Assembly (NCBI GenBank): GCA_020060775.1
Contig: JAGUZN010000220.1
Location: 984-64,983 of the forward strand
DNA from: Armatimonadota bacterium
GTDB taxonomy: Bacteria; Armatimonadota; Hebobacteria; CAIYQO01
Direction of reading: 5' to 3'
Length of the DNA: 64,000 bases
Shown piece after piece: positions 27,505 to 38,321 of this stretch (its first letter is position 1; each line of letters opens with the position of its first letter). Under the pieces are notes generated by a model. That model saw nothing but the letters and a program-made list of their open reading frames with translations. It was not told where the DNA came from and did no database searches. The position numbers and the translations under genes are program-made.

Positions 27505-29088
27505 ATGGAGGTGGATGACATGATGACACGCATTACACTGGTGCTGCTCCTGCTGGTCAGTCTCGTCGTCACGGTGCAGGCACAGGCACCGTTGAAGACC
27601 GAGGTATTGCATTGGCCGGAGGGGAAAGCCGCGGCGGTGGCGTTGACGTTCGACGACAATGTGCTCAGTCAACTCACCACTGCGATTCCGGAGTTGGAGA
27701 AACACGGCTACCGCGGCACCTTTTTCATCGTGGCACAATGGCTGGATCTCCCGGCGTCCGAGGAAGGGCTGGCGGTACAATGGCAGCAGGTGGCCCGGCG
27801 CGGGCATGAGATCGGCTGCCATACCTACTCGCACGCCTTTTTGACATCACTGCCCGAGGAAGCCCTTCAACGGCAAATCCAGGACGCAAAAGGAATCATT
27901 GAGCACTGGATCGGCGAGGGAAACTGCCGGATGTTCCGCGCGCCTTCGGCTACGAGTCCTGCGGCAGAGAAGCTGATCCGCGAACTCTTCCCGCTGAACG
28001 CCGTGAACCTGGGGCGGGACGACAAGGTGATTTGTACCGTGCCGCGCACCTATGGGGACGTCAAACGACAGATCGACCAGACGATCGCCGACCGCGGCAT
28101 CTATCTGCCCATCTGGCACGGCGTCGGGGCTGATTTCACGAAGATCTCCACCGAAGATTTCCAGCACGTGCTGCAGTATCTGGACGAGCGGCGTGCGGTT
28201 GTGTGGGTGGCCACCATGAGCGAGGTGGCACGCTATGTCGGCTTGCGCCAGCAGGCCGTGGTCTCATCGGAGGGGGGCATCCACCTGGTGCTGCCGCCGG
28301 GGATGGACATCAAACGGTTCAATGTGCCGTTGTGGCTGCGCACGACGGTACCGGCCGAGTGGACAACGGTCTGCCTGCGGCGCGGGCTGTCATGTGCCGT
28401 GGTTCCGACGGTAGCCGCGCCAGGGGGGCGCATAATTGATTACCTGGTGGCACCGGGCGAGACCTGGTCCATCGAACGCTATACCCCCATTGACACGACG
28501 GCGCTTAAGCTGACAAATGTCGCAACCGCATCGTTCGACACCCCGGAAACGCTCAAGACATGGACGGTGATCAGCGGGAAGGCGCAGGTTGCGGATGGAG
28601 TGGTGCGCCTGGAGAATGGCAGTGGTCTGCTGCTCAACGATTTACAGTTGGCGGATGGGCAACTGCGCGGTCGGTTCCGGTTGACTGATGATCCCGCGCT
28701 GCGGAAATATGCCTGCTGGGCCGGCCTGCTCTTCCGCGTGCGCGCCGTCTGGCCGGCGAACGGCTATACGGGACTATTTTACGAACTGGCGAACCAACCC
28801 GAATACAGCGATTTCCGTCCCAATCGGGTGTTGCTCTGGCAGCAATTAGGCTACAAAGAGCCGACGTGGCCCAACCGGCTCTGCGGTTCGGGAGCATCGG
28901 AACAGCCTTCCGGCGCCTGGCACACCTTCGAAGTCACCATCCAGGGTGACCGGCTGCGCTATTTGGTTGACGGCAAGCTCGTCTTCCACCTCGCGGGCCT
29001 GGACCCGGCCGCGGGCCAAGTAGGCCTACGGGCGATGAACTCGGCAGTAGAATTCGACGATATTGTCGTCTCGCGCATCGAGCCATAA
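27505..29088 (+). CDS. Secreted polysaccharide deacetylase (NodB homology domain) with C-terminal DUF1080/LamG-like beta-sandwich
   Basis: Signal peptide 'MMTRITLVLLLLVSLVVTVQAQA'; 'ALTFDDN' and 'HEIGCHTYSH' NodB motifs; C-terminal 'GDRLRYLVDGKLVFHL...AVEFDDIVV'. Confidence 0.6.
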   Translation: MEVDDMMTRITLVLLLLVSLVVTVQAQAPLKTEVLHWPEGKAAAVALTFDDNVLSQLTTAIPELEKHGYRGTFFIVAQWLDLPASEEGLAVQWQQVARRGHEIGCHTYSHAFLTSLPEEALQRQIQDAKGIIEHWIGEGNCRMFRAPSATSPAAEKLIRELFPLNAVNLGRDDKVICTVPRTYGDVKRQIDQTIADRGIYLPIWHGVGADFTKISTEDFQHVLQYLDERRAVVWVATMSEVARYVGLRQQAVVSSEGGIHLVLPPGMDIKRFNVPLWLRTTVPAEWTTVCLRRGLSCAVVPTVAAPGGRIIDYLVAPGETWSIERYTPIDTTALKLTNVATASFDTPETLKTWTVISGKAQVADGVVRLENGSGLLLNDLQLADGQLRGRFRLTDDPALRKYACWAGLLFRVRAVWPANGYTGLFYELANQPEYSDFRPNRVLLWQQLGYKEPTWPNRLCGSGASEQPSGAWHTFEVTIQGDRLRYLVDGKLVFHLAGLDPAAGQVGLRAMNSAVEFDDIVVSRIEP

Positions 29089-29174
29089 CATGCCTGGAGG
29101 ATGAATATCGCGCCAGCGCCGGAGTCGGCGATTACACGGGGTGATGATGTGTTATTTTTTCTCGATATGGCGGA

Positions 29175-30008
29175 GTGCAACAAGCAGCGGGGAGATCAGC
29201 AGTGACCGAACATATCAACGCCAACATCGACCGCTTCAGCGGCTTTGCCGATTGCTATGACCGGTATCGCCCGCAGCCGCCGGCGGTGATTCCGGAGATC
29301 CTCGCGCAACTGCTGGGTGATCCGATGCCGACGCTGGTGGTCGACCTGGGCAGCGGCACGGGGCTCTCGACGCGCATCTGGGCCGGCAAGGCGCGGGAGG
29401 TGATCGGCATTGAGCCGAATGCTGACATGCGCCGGGTGGCGAAGGCGCAGACGCCGCCGGATGCCGGCATCCGGTACCAAAATGGCCTCTCGACGCAGAT
29501 GCACGTGCCGGATGCGAGCGCCGACATCATCTGCTGCTCGCAGGCCTTCCACTGGATGGCGCCGGAACCCACCCTCGCCGAAGTGGCGCGCGTGCTGCAT
29601 CCAGGTGGGGTATTCGCCGCCATCGACTGCGATTGGCCGCCGACGCTGCATTGGCAGGCGGAACAGGCTTATCGCGCCCTGATGCACCAGGTGGGCATGC
29701 TTGAGCACCAGCACGGCATCTACCACACGGTGAAGAAGTGGCCGAAAGATCGCCACCTCGCCAATATCCAGGCCAGCGGCCATTTCCGGTATACGAACGA
29801 AGTGATCGTTCATCATGTCGAGTCCGGCAATACCGACCGCCTCATCGGCCTGGCACTCAGTCAGGGAGGGGTAGAAGGCTTGCTGAAGCTTGGCCTGACA
29901 GAAGAGGAGATCGGCCTGACCGCCTTCCGCGCTACGGTGTATGCCTTGTTAGGCGACACCCCCTGTCCCTGGTATTTCGGGTACCGTGTGCGGTTAGGGG
30001 TGAGGTAG
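29175..30008 (+). CDS. Class I SAM-dependent methyltransferase
   Basis: 'LVVDLGSGTGLSTRIWAGKAREVIGIEPNADM' motif I; 'RVLHPGGVFAAI'. Confidence 0.65.
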   Translation: MQQAAGRSAVTEHINANIDRFSGFADCYDRYRPQPPAVIPEILAQLLGDPMPTLVVDLGSGTGLSTRIWAGKAREVIGIEPNADMRRVAKAQTPPDAGIRYQNGLSTQMHVPDASADIICCSQAFHWMAPEPTLAEVARVLHPGGVFAAIDCDWPPTLHWQAEQAYRALMHQVGMLEHQHGIYHTVKKWPKDRHLANIQASGHFRYTNEVIVHHVESGNTDRLIGLALSQGGVEGLLKLGLTEEEIGLTAFRATVYALLGDTPCPWYFGYRVRLGVR

Positions 30009-30301
30009 AGATATCTGGCATGTTGAATCAGGCAGACGATAATCGAAGAGTGACGCTCGGAAATTTTCATCGCTACGGCCACTTCCCACGCCGTCAAGTG
30101 ACCGCGTGATTCACGCAGGAGTACGATAGTGATGAGACGGTAGCCATGTCGTGATATCCCAGGTGGCAGGGATACAATATATGTGCGGTATCGTGCACTT
30201 AACAGAAATTGAGCTCGTCTTGCCAACTCTCATGTCTCTATTGACAGATTGAGCTGCATGATGCAATATCATATGCGAAAGTCCCCGCTACACTGGGTTA
30301 T

Positions 30302-31093
30302 TTGCATATGAGAGTGTCAACTGCAAGTGAATATGTGCGCACACTCCTCCAACGTGGCCGCTATACCTTCAGCCGCGATGAAGCCGAAGCCGCGCTGGGG
30401 AGTCCGCGTGCGACGATGAAGGCGTTACACCGGCTCGAAAACCAGGGATGGCTGGTCTCACCGAGCCAGTGCTTCTACGTCATCCAGGACCCCCTGCATC
30501 AAGTTGCCGGGTTACCTGTCGAATGGTTCCTGGATGATTGGGCGCGACACCTCGGCGTGAAGTATTATGTCGGACTGCTCACCGCGGCGATGTATCATGG
30601 CGCCGCCCATCAAAAGCCGCAGCAGTTTCAGGTGATCGTCGACCGGCAACTCAGACCGGTGGTTCGCGGTCCGTATCATATTCACTTCTTTTATAAGAAG
30701 CGCATTGCTGATGCCGCCTGGGAGACGCGGCAGTCACCTGCCGGCTACTACCGGATCAGCACCCCGGAAATGACCGCCTACGATCTCCTGCGGTATCCGA
30801 AGGCGTGCCCGACCCGTGATATGGCGGCCACCATCCTTGCGGAACTCGGCGAGATGATCCTGGACGACCGTTTGGCAGATCTCCTGGAGCAGGAAGCAGA
30901 GATTGCCACCCTCCAACGGCTGGGGTGGATGCTGGATGCGGTCGGCTGGTCAGCGAAGACCGAGGCGTTGGCCAGTGCATTACACTCCCATCGTCGGCTC
31001 TGGCAACCCTTGCGGCCTGATCTTCCAGCCGATGGCCCTCGCGACCCACGCTGGCGCATCATCGTGAATGAAACGATTGAGGTTGAGATATGA
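30302..31093 (+). CDS. abiEi: AbiEi-family antitoxin / transcriptional regulator (type IV toxin-antitoxin)
   Basis: N-terminal wHTH-like region, ~260 aa, ATGA-coupled to a downstream AbiEii-type nucleotidyltransferase; family assignment rests on this pairing. Confidence 0.55.
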   Translation: MHMRVSTASEYVRTLLQRGRYTFSRDEAEAALGSPRATMKALHRLENQGWLVSPSQCFYVIQDPLHQVAGLPVEWFLDDWARHLGVKYYVGLLTAAMYHGAAHQKPQQFQVIVDRQLRPVVRGPYHIHFFYKKRIADAAWETRQSPAGYYRISTPEMTAYDLLRYPKACPTRDMAATILAELGEMILDDRLADLLEQEAEIATLQRLGWMLDAVGWSAKTEALASALHSHRRLWQPLRPDLPADGPRDPRWRIIVNETIEVEI

Positions 31094-31917
31094 TCCCCGA
31101 GGCATTTCTCGCCGAGTGGCGAGTCACCAGCGCACCATGGCAGCAACTGGCCATGGTCGAACAGGACCTGGTCATCAGCCGGGCACTCCTGAATATCTAC
31201 GACGATGACTACCTCCGGGACCGATTGGCCTTTCGTGGAGGGACCGCGCTCTACAAGCTCTACCTGGTGCCGCCGGCACGGTATTCCGAAGACATTGATC
31301 TGGTGCAAATCAACGCCGAGCCCATTCGCGAGACCGTCGTTCACCTGCAAGCGGCACTCGACCCCTGGCTGGGGCAGCCGCGGTATACCGCAACCGCACA
31401 ATCGGTCAAACTGCTCTATCGCTTCGCGGCAGAAGCGACGCCAGGTCTGCAGCAGCGCCTGAAGATCGAGATCAATACGCGGGAGCACCTTCCGGCATTT
31501 GGCTTGGTCAATAGACCGTTCACTGTGCAATCCCGATGGGTCGACGGCACGGTTATGATCCCCACTTATGCCATCGATGAACTACTGGGCACGAAGCTGC
31601 GCGCGCTCTATCAACGCAAGAAAGGCCGTGATCTCTTTGACGTGGATTATGCCATGCGGCAAGGGGAGGTCGATGGGCAACGGGTGCTCACAGCCTTCAT
31701 GCATTATGTGTCTCGGCAGGGATTGCGCATCACCACCGGGCAGTACCAGGCCAACCTGCGGGAGAAGATGACGGACCCCCGGTTCGGCGCCGACATTGCC
31801 CCACTGCTGCGTGATGGGATTGCCTTCTCACTCGATGAGGCATTAGCCCGAGTGGAGGAGCAGTTCCTGCGTCACCTTGACGCCGCCTGGTCACAGGTGG
31901 CGGAGCCTGTCCCGTAA
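31090..31917 (+). CDS. abiEii: AbiEii/AbiGii-family nucleotidyltransferase toxin
   Basis: 'AFRGGTALYKLY...RYSEDIDLV' NTase motif and 'LLGTKLRALYQRKKGRDLFD' characteristic of this family. Confidence 0.7.
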   Translation: MIPEAFLAEWRVTSAPWQQLAMVEQDLVISRALLNIYDDDYLRDRLAFRGGTALYKLYLVPPARYSEDIDLVQINAEPIRETVVHLQAALDPWLGQPRYTATAQSVKLLYRFAAEATPGLQQRLKIEINTREHLPAFGLVNRPFTVQSRWVDGTVMIPTYAIDELLGTKLRALYQRKKGRDLFDVDYAMRQGEVDGQRVLTAFMHYVSRQGLRITTGQYQANLREKMTDPRFGADIAPLLRDGIAFSLDEALARVEEQFLRHLDAAWSQVAEPVP

Positions 31918-31919
31918 GA

Positions 31920-32900
31920 TCAGCAGCCATGTTGTTGCTGGTAACAGCCACTTAACGGAAGCCAGCCATTAACACCACTGGGATCGAGCACGAAGGCGAC
32001 CGCGTCGGTGCTGGTAAATACCCAGAGCCACCAGCGCAATTTCGTCTTGTCGTTGAAGTGGAGCCACCACGTTTCATCCGCGTGCCAGTGGTCGGCCATA
32101 CGCAGATGGAGGAGGGTGGCATCATAGAGCGACGGAGCAGCGCGCCGACGGTGTCTTGCACCCTGAAGAGTGTGCTGGAGGCGAAGCGCACGCCGCAACA
32201 CAGGGTCAGTGCGTACAGTTAGCGGTAGACGGTTGGCCGTGGAGGAATTTGTTGACGACCAGGTGCGCAATGGCGCCGGTTCGGGATGAGTTTCGGCGGC
32301 GCAAGCGCGGGCAATTGCACCGTGGAGCCCGGCAGGTGGTACTTTCGCCGCATATGGATGACGCGCCGTATCCTGGCCTCCCCGTTTGAGGTTGGTGGCG
32401 TCTTTCGTGCCAGCGGTGGTGAGTAGTACTTCCCAAAGATGGGGCATTGGCGTGCCTCCTCGGGGAGGTTATGGAGCACCTCGCTGGGCGGCAACTATTG
32501 GTAGAGCCGACAGCCATGGCCGGGAGTGCCGTGCCGTTGCCCGCTCTGACCATGCGGCGCGTCGGTGGGCGCATCAGCCGACGGGATTGGCTGGAGTCGG
32601 GGGCGTCTGCGGCGGCACCGCGGAGGCTCTGCTCGGATTTTCGCCAAACAGCATCGTCTATTATTGCGGATGAGGGCATATTGCTTGGCGACCATCTCGC
32701 GCAAGGCGGCGTTGTCGGAGAGCAACTGTTCGACGGTCTCCTGCAGCGAGACGACGGTGGTCTCCAGCGTCTGGAGGCGCGCCAGCAGGGACGCGATGTC
32801 ATAGGCGGTGGGTGCAATGGACATTCCTCTCCAGATTCACGAGAGGAGAGACACAGTCCTTTCAGAGAAGGCACCTTTCAGAGAAGGCGCTTGACGTGCA
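31920..32900 (-). pseudogene. Degraded transposase remnant (IS66-family-like), frameshifted
   Basis: Overlapping minus-strand ORF pieces with 'DETWW...WWLWVF...AFVLDPS' and an N-terminal coiled-coil fragment; no single intact frame. Confidence 0.3.
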
Positions 32901-33086
32901 GGGGGGGGCAGTATTATGATGGTATCGGTGAACTCATCTGAAAGGGAAAGGGGTTCACCGAATACTTATCTTCACGAATTCACGGTCGACCTGTGTGGTG
33001 CGAAGGCTCATCTAGAATTCCCGTGATGCGACAACGTGCTCCTGCGTGGCAATATCCGCCTCACAGGTCTCGAGAACAGTTGGCGT

Positions 33087-33335
33087 TCACGGGCACTTGG
33101 GTAAGTGCGTAATCGGGTCGAATAGGACACGACCTTTCTTGCGTTGATACAAGGCGCGTAGTTTGCTCACAAGCAATTCTTCCAGTGAGAAGTTGATGAC
33201 GGAGACGTTATCCTGTACCCATCGCGAGTCGACGGCAAATGGTCTAGCAGCCTGTTGCACAACCACGGCCGATTTTCTGTCAACCGACAGAGCGCAAGCC
33301 GATGATTGCACTGAAATGGCTGTTAAGATGAACAT
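33087..33335 (-). pseudogene. Fragment of a second abiEii-like toxin gene
   Basis: Encodes 'EELLVSKLRALYQRKKGRVLFD', a near-identical match to 'DELLGTKLRALYQRKKGRDLFD' of the intact AbiEii at 31090-31917, but only ~80 codons and on the opposite strand. Confidence 0.5.
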
Positions 33336-33659
33336 CTCGGTTTGGTAAGGTTGGACCCTGTTACGTTATTGAGCTCGAATGCTTACCTGTAGACCAAGGG
33401 CACGTCCTTGCTCAACAGGCTGCTAGGCACCAGCACGGTCTGTTCAATATGCGCACGGGTAATCGTCCCCTTGGAGAAGTGACGGTATACCCATGCGCGC
33501 TTTTCATTCCCGCTCGGTCAGGTGAGTCACGGCGTCCAGCCGGCCCGGCACTATATGGGGGAGCCGAGCCTTATGGCTTATAATCGGTTGTGGACGTGGC
33601 AATGAGAATACGATCAGTACCGATACCACTATTTTGGGGGAAGGAAGGAATCCGCTGCT

Positions 33660-35342
33660 TTGCACCAAATACACTATTTGTGTGCCATCATGCCGATTAG
33701 GACTGATAATATGAGTTTGTCAACAAAAACTCCTCAAAATCCAGATCTGGCAAATCCTAGCAGTTGCCATTCCAGTTTAGGACCCCTTAGGCTGCCGCAG
33801 TCATTTTATGGCGATGCGTTCACGACGTTTCTATATGGAGCGGCGATATGCTGTATCGTTACGAAGGTCGATGCTGGTTATTCATGGTCTAATTTCGGTC
33901 TGTTGGCAATCATCTATATATTTTTTGATTGGGTTAGCAGAATTCTTTTACCATCATGTTTGCCCAATGACGACTTAGCTGTGAGAAATCGCATATACTT
34001 GAATGTGCTAAAAGCACTACTGGAAGCTGCAGGTTTATACTTGCTTACCGCTTTCCTTCTATCTGTTTTCACAACACCATTATACGGGTTATTTGCAGGA
34101 TTTTTGATCGTCAATTTATTGTGGAATTTGTTGTTGTTGTATATTATGGGTGGCCTTGGATGGAGGGACTTACAAGATGTTTGTTTTAAAGGTAATGGAA
34201 TGGATAACGAAGCTATAGCATTACATTCGTCGACCATTACGGAAATCGAAGCTCTAATAGAGAAGGCTGATATCTCTACTGACAATGCAAACACTAGTAG
34301 TCAAGTCATAAAAACGTATAATAATCACATAAAGCTTCGTAGTAGTATCAATTCAATAGGCGCAATCTACCGGATGCTCATACAATTGTTCGCATTTCAT
34401 GTTCGATATGGATATGTAGTTATTGTAATATTTGTTGCCAAGATGCTATTGGAGAGTACAACGAATACTTGGGGAAGTTTTCTGTTGAAAAAAACATATT
34501 TTTCTGTAGTGCTTGATTTCGCACAAGTCACAACAATGCACATAAGCATTTTTTGTGATAATGGCTATTTGGATGAGATATTTCTTACTGTATTAATATT
34601 AATACTTTGTGGTTTTGTTTTACGCTCTGTTAATATCAGTAATGTTTTTCAGAGTGATTGGTGGAAAAGTTACATTGCTAGTATTAAAGATAAAAACTAT
34701 GAAATGCTTGTCCCGTGGATGAAGATAATATGCAGTGTACCACTTTTCTTTGCTTGTTTGTACATATTATATATAATATGTTTTGTTGTATACACTTATT
34801 ACCCGCAGTTGTTCGCAGGTATTGATAGTGAAGGTGTAGGCATTGGCTTCCCAATCTTACTTTTTATTTATATTTTGTTGTTTTTCATACCTTTCTTATT
34901 TTTTAAATACGCACAACTTAATAAAATTATGAAAAAATCAATTGCTTCAAATGGAGATAACCATAAGAATCACGCCTCTATTTCTTGCTCATGCCCTCCT
35001 TCCAAAATCCAAGGAGAGGAGGAGAATAAAGCGATTGTCATTGAGAATTTACGATTTCAACAGGCTTGTAGAAATGGGTCATTATCACTTTATATCATTC
35101 TATTACTACTTTACTTCGCGTTGCCGATAAAAGACTTTGCAATATTTATTGCATTCCAGCAGGCCTGTGTTACGCTATTCCTATGTATCGCCGTATCTTG
35201 TCCACTTGAACAGAGAGATGAACCTATTGGCAACTTATGTCGAATGAACTCCCCGAGACCGACTTCGTGCCCTCCAAATATTAACGACGGGCTTGATGAT
35301 ACAACATCAGTGACGCCGAAAGAACAGGTAACAAGTTCATAG
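33660..35342 (+). CDS. Multi-pass integral membrane protein of unknown function (strongly AT-rich gene)
   Basis: 560-aa ORF with many hydrophobic segments; local GC content is far below the surrounding DNA. Confidence 0.5.
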   Translation: MHQIHYLCAIMPIRTDNMSLSTKTPQNPDLANPSSCHSSLGPLRLPQSFYGDAFTTFLYGAAICCIVTKVDAGYSWSNFGLLAIIYIFFDWVSRILLPSCLPNDDLAVRNRIYLNVLKALLEAAGLYLLTAFLLSVFTTPLYGLFAGFLIVNLLWNLLLLYIMGGLGWRDLQDVCFKGNGMDNEAIALHSSTITEIEALIEKADISTDNANTSSQVIKTYNNHIKLRSSINSIGAIYRMLIQLFAFHVRYGYVVIVIFVAKMLLESTTNTWGSFLLKKTYFSVVLDFAQVTTMHISIFCDNGYLDEIFLTVLILILCGFVLRSVNISNVFQSDWWKSYIASIKDKNYEMLVPWMKIICSVPLFFACLYILYIICFVVYTYYPQLFAGIDSEGVGIGFPILLFIYILLFFIPFLFFKYAQLNKIMKKSIASNGDNHKNHASISCSCPPSKIQGEEENKAIVIENLRFQQACRNGSLSLYIILLLLYFALPIKDFAIFIAFQQACVTLFLCIAVSCPLEQRDEPIGNLCRMNSPRPTSCPPNINDGLDDTTSVTPKEQVTSS

Positions 35343-35384
35343 TTAATGGTATATAAGTGATCATCAGATTGGAGTGACCAAGCG

Positions 35385-36842
35385 ATGTCTATGATTGATC
35401 TAGTCATAATAGGAGTTTATTTGATGGCGTTGTTCTGCTGGGCTATTTATATTGGCCTGCGAGAAAACGCCCAAGATTTTTTGGTTTTCTCGCGGCGTGC
35501 TCCTTTTGTGCTGGTATTGTTTTCTATTGTAGCTACCTGGGTTGGCGTTGGCACGACCGTAGTGACAGCGGCATCGGCATACGAATCCGGTATCTCACTA
35601 GGATTGATCGCCTGCCTTGGGGGCGTGTTGGGGTCTATCGGTGCCGCAATCTTTGCCCCTCGTCTGAAAGCGTTTGGAGACCGTTTCAACGCGCATACCA
35701 TCGGAGACTTCTTCCTGATCCGGTATTCAAACGGTGGACGCTTGATGGCTGGTGCACTGATAACAATCGTCTATTCACTGCTGACCGCCGCGCAACTCGT
35801 AGGGCTTGCAACGCTCTTGAAGGTTTGGACTGGGCTTCCTGTGGAGGTCGTCATCATTTTTGCTGCGTTTTCCACCGTAGCCTATACGGCGTTCGCTGGG
35901 ATCAAAAGCGATTTTTATACCGACATCATACATTTTATAGTTATGGCAATTGTTCTCTTTGTTATCCTATTGCCATTGACACTGGATAAAATTGGCGGAT
36001 TACATGGATTGCTGCGATTACCTCATACTTATTTCGATCCCTTCTCCTACGGAGGGCCAGCTCTATTCATCGCTGGAATGATCTTTGGCGCAGGCAGTGT
36101 TTTCGTGACCATGGAGCTTTGGCAACGCGTCTACGCATCAACAACCGGACGTGCCGCACGTATCTCGCTTGCAGTTGCCATCCTTCTTATCGTTCTCTTT
36201 TACGCGGTATCCACTGTGTTGGGTATGTCAGCAAAGCTACTATTACCGAATCTGCCGAATCGTGATTTTGCCTTGTTTGCGATGATGAAAGAGTATTTAC
36301 CTACAGGTATGCTGGGGCTAGGGATGTCAGGATTCATGGCGATTATTCTGTCTACCTTAAACTCAACACTGATGGTAACCTCTGCGACCTTCACCAAGGA
36401 TTTCTGGTGTGGAGCTCTTAATAAATCCGCTGATGACCAAAAGGCATTGTTATCTGTGGGCCGAATTTCTACATTTGTGAGCGGAGCTATTGGTCTGGGG
36501 ATTGCCTTGATACTACCTGATCTGGTTGCCTTAAGTGTCAATGGCATGTTCATGTTGCTGATCATCCTTCCAGCCATCGCTGGGGGATTCTTCTGGCGAC
36601 GTGCTACTGCCACGGCTGCAACGCTTTCCGTCTTCGCAGGAGCGCTTGTGACAGTGATTTTCTTGAAAATCGATGCTGGTATCGCGTTTGTGCCTGGTTT
36701 TCTCACAAGCCTTCTAGTTTTCGTTATTGGCTCTCTTGTCACTGAGCACTCTATAGAAGAAAATATTGGAGTTGTTTCTATGTGGCGAGGGAAAGCGGAA
36801 ATCCCGTCGATGCATGAAGGAGATGTTCATGACTTACGTTAA
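35385..36842 (+). CDS. Sodium:solute symporter family (SSS) transporter
   Basis: N-terminus 'LVIIGVYLMALFCWAIYIGL...DFLVFSRRAPFVLV...ATWVGVGTTV' typical of SSS/PutP-like permeases; ~13 TM segments. Confidence 0.65.
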   Translation: MSMIDLVIIGVYLMALFCWAIYIGLRENAQDFLVFSRRAPFVLVLFSIVATWVGVGTTVVTAASAYESGISLGLIACLGGVLGSIGAAIFAPRLKAFGDRFNAHTIGDFFLIRYSNGGRLMAGALITIVYSLLTAAQLVGLATLLKVWTGLPVEVVIIFAAFSTVAYTAFAGIKSDFYTDIIHFIVMAIVLFVILLPLTLDKIGGLHGLLRLPHTYFDPFSYGGPALFIAGMIFGAGSVFVTMELWQRVYASTTGRAARISLAVAILLIVLFYAVSTVLGMSAKLLLPNLPNRDFALFAMMKEYLPTGMLGLGMSGFMAIILSTLNSTLMVTSATFTKDFWCGALNKSADDQKALLSVGRISTFVSGAIGLGIALILPDLVALSVNGMFMLLIILPAIAGGFFWRRATATAATLSVFAGALVTVIFLKIDAGIAFVPGFLTSLLVFVIGSLVTEHSIEENIGVVSMWRGKAEIPSMHEGDVHDLR

Positions 36843-37932
36843 TACTGTGGAGCAAGTAAGCGATAAGCTGATGGCTGCTACCGATTCTGCGAATTGTTCT
36901 GCGATGTCAGCCTTACTCCACCAGGTGTGCCAATCGCTTCAAGAGTCTGACGCATCATTCTTGCGTCATTGGTATAATAGTCGGCTTACACGCGCCTGCG
37001 AAAACCCTATGCTTGGCGAAAAAGCCGTTACCATCTTCGCAGATTTGCTAGGAATTACCGTCGAGACGGCACAATGCGTTGAGAAGCCATGGATGCTTCT
37101 ATACATCCATGCACTCTTATTAGATGACATGATTGATTATATCCCTAGAGAAGAATCAAAAAAAGTTCAATCATTATGCAGCGCTTTCGATAGGGAACAC
37201 AATAAAGTATGTGAGCTGCTATTGAATGAAAATTTTGTGGTGTATTCACATCACCATCAGCGCTTCAATGCTGAAGCATGGGCAGCTATAACTTACGAGA
37301 TTGAATGGTCAAAAGGAACTAGATTCACATCACATAATGAAGCGCCACGTCAGCAAGGCCTCAAAGCCGCTCTCGCAAAGTCGTGTGCTACCATGCTTAT
37401 GCTTGCTGAACGTGGTATACCTCTTTCATCAGAACAGGAAGAGGGCATTATTACATTATGCGAAGGTATTCAACTTCTAGACGATTTTGCTGATATGACA
37501 GAAGATTATATGCAAGGACGTATGAATAGGTTGTTGAATACAACATATCGATGGATAAGGAGAAATCTGCCATGCATAGATATAGCTTATCTGGGCAAAT
37601 ACCAGCTACTCGTCTCTGCGATTCTTTCTTCTGCGATTACCTGCACATGGATTGATGCGGCAAATCGATATGAGCAGACATTGCAGATATTTAAACCCTC
37701 TAGTGAGTGCTGGACTGCTCAATATTTTTTGCAACAATCAGTGGAATGTCGACTATGCAGCACTGCATTAACTGATTTACTCACGCAAAATCGTTGCCTG
37801 TTGGATCAACTCATCACAGCTCTGAGTGTGAACGAAGAAGAATTAGCGTGTAAGTTAACAACCGGATGCCTAGCCGGTTTATGGCAAGATATTCGCTATA
37901 TTATTGGGACAGGACCAAAAGCAAGTAATTGA
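36829..37932 (+). CDS. Isoprenoid synthase fold protein (polyprenyl synthetase / class I terpene synthase-like) with two Asp-rich motifs
   Basis: 'HALLLDDMIDY' (DDxxD) and ~125 aa later 'GIQLLDDFADMTED' (second DDxxD preceded by a G..Q-like context). Start placed at ATG 36829, overlapping the symporter stop. Confidence 0.4.
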   Translation: MTYVNTVEQVSDKLMAATDSANCSAMSALLHQVCQSLQESDASFLRHWYNSRLTRACENPMLGEKAVTIFADLLGITVETAQCVEKPWMLLYIHALLLDDMIDYIPREESKKVQSLCSAFDREHNKVCELLLNENFVVYSHHHQRFNAEAWAAITYEIEWSKGTRFTSHNEAPRQQGLKAALAKSCATMLMLAERGIPLSSEQEEGIITLCEGIQLLDDFADMTEDYMQGRMNRLLNTTYRWIRRNLPCIDIAYLGKYQLLVSAILSSAITCTWIDAANRYEQTLQIFKPSSECWTAQYFLQQSVECRLCSTALTDLLTQNRCLLDQLITALSVNEEELACKLTTGCLAGLWQDIRYIIGTGPKASN

Positions 37933-38321
37933 CCGTGGGCAATTCCATCATCGCCTGGGCAATATAGACACTTTTTTCTGAATTAGGTGACAGTATGGGC
38001 AAACTGAAGTGTTCTCAGGAGGCGCGTTTTTTCTTCCGGCATTTTGCCCGGCGTCGTCGCATCTCCTCATAATCGGGTAACGCGTATGCCGGTTCTTCCC
38101 CCTGTGCCCTGGCAGCTTTAGCGACTTGGCACCTGAGTACCCCACGTGCGAAGATATCGACGAGTTCCGCCAGGCGGGCCTCGGGGGTCATCTTGGTCGG
38201 GTCGATGGTGGTATTGAACATGGGACACACCCCTTTCATGAACGTATGACGGACAATACCTCAACATCGGCTGACATGGGAAGGGGATGGCGGAAGATTG
38301 TTTTTGAGGATAACGTAGGAT

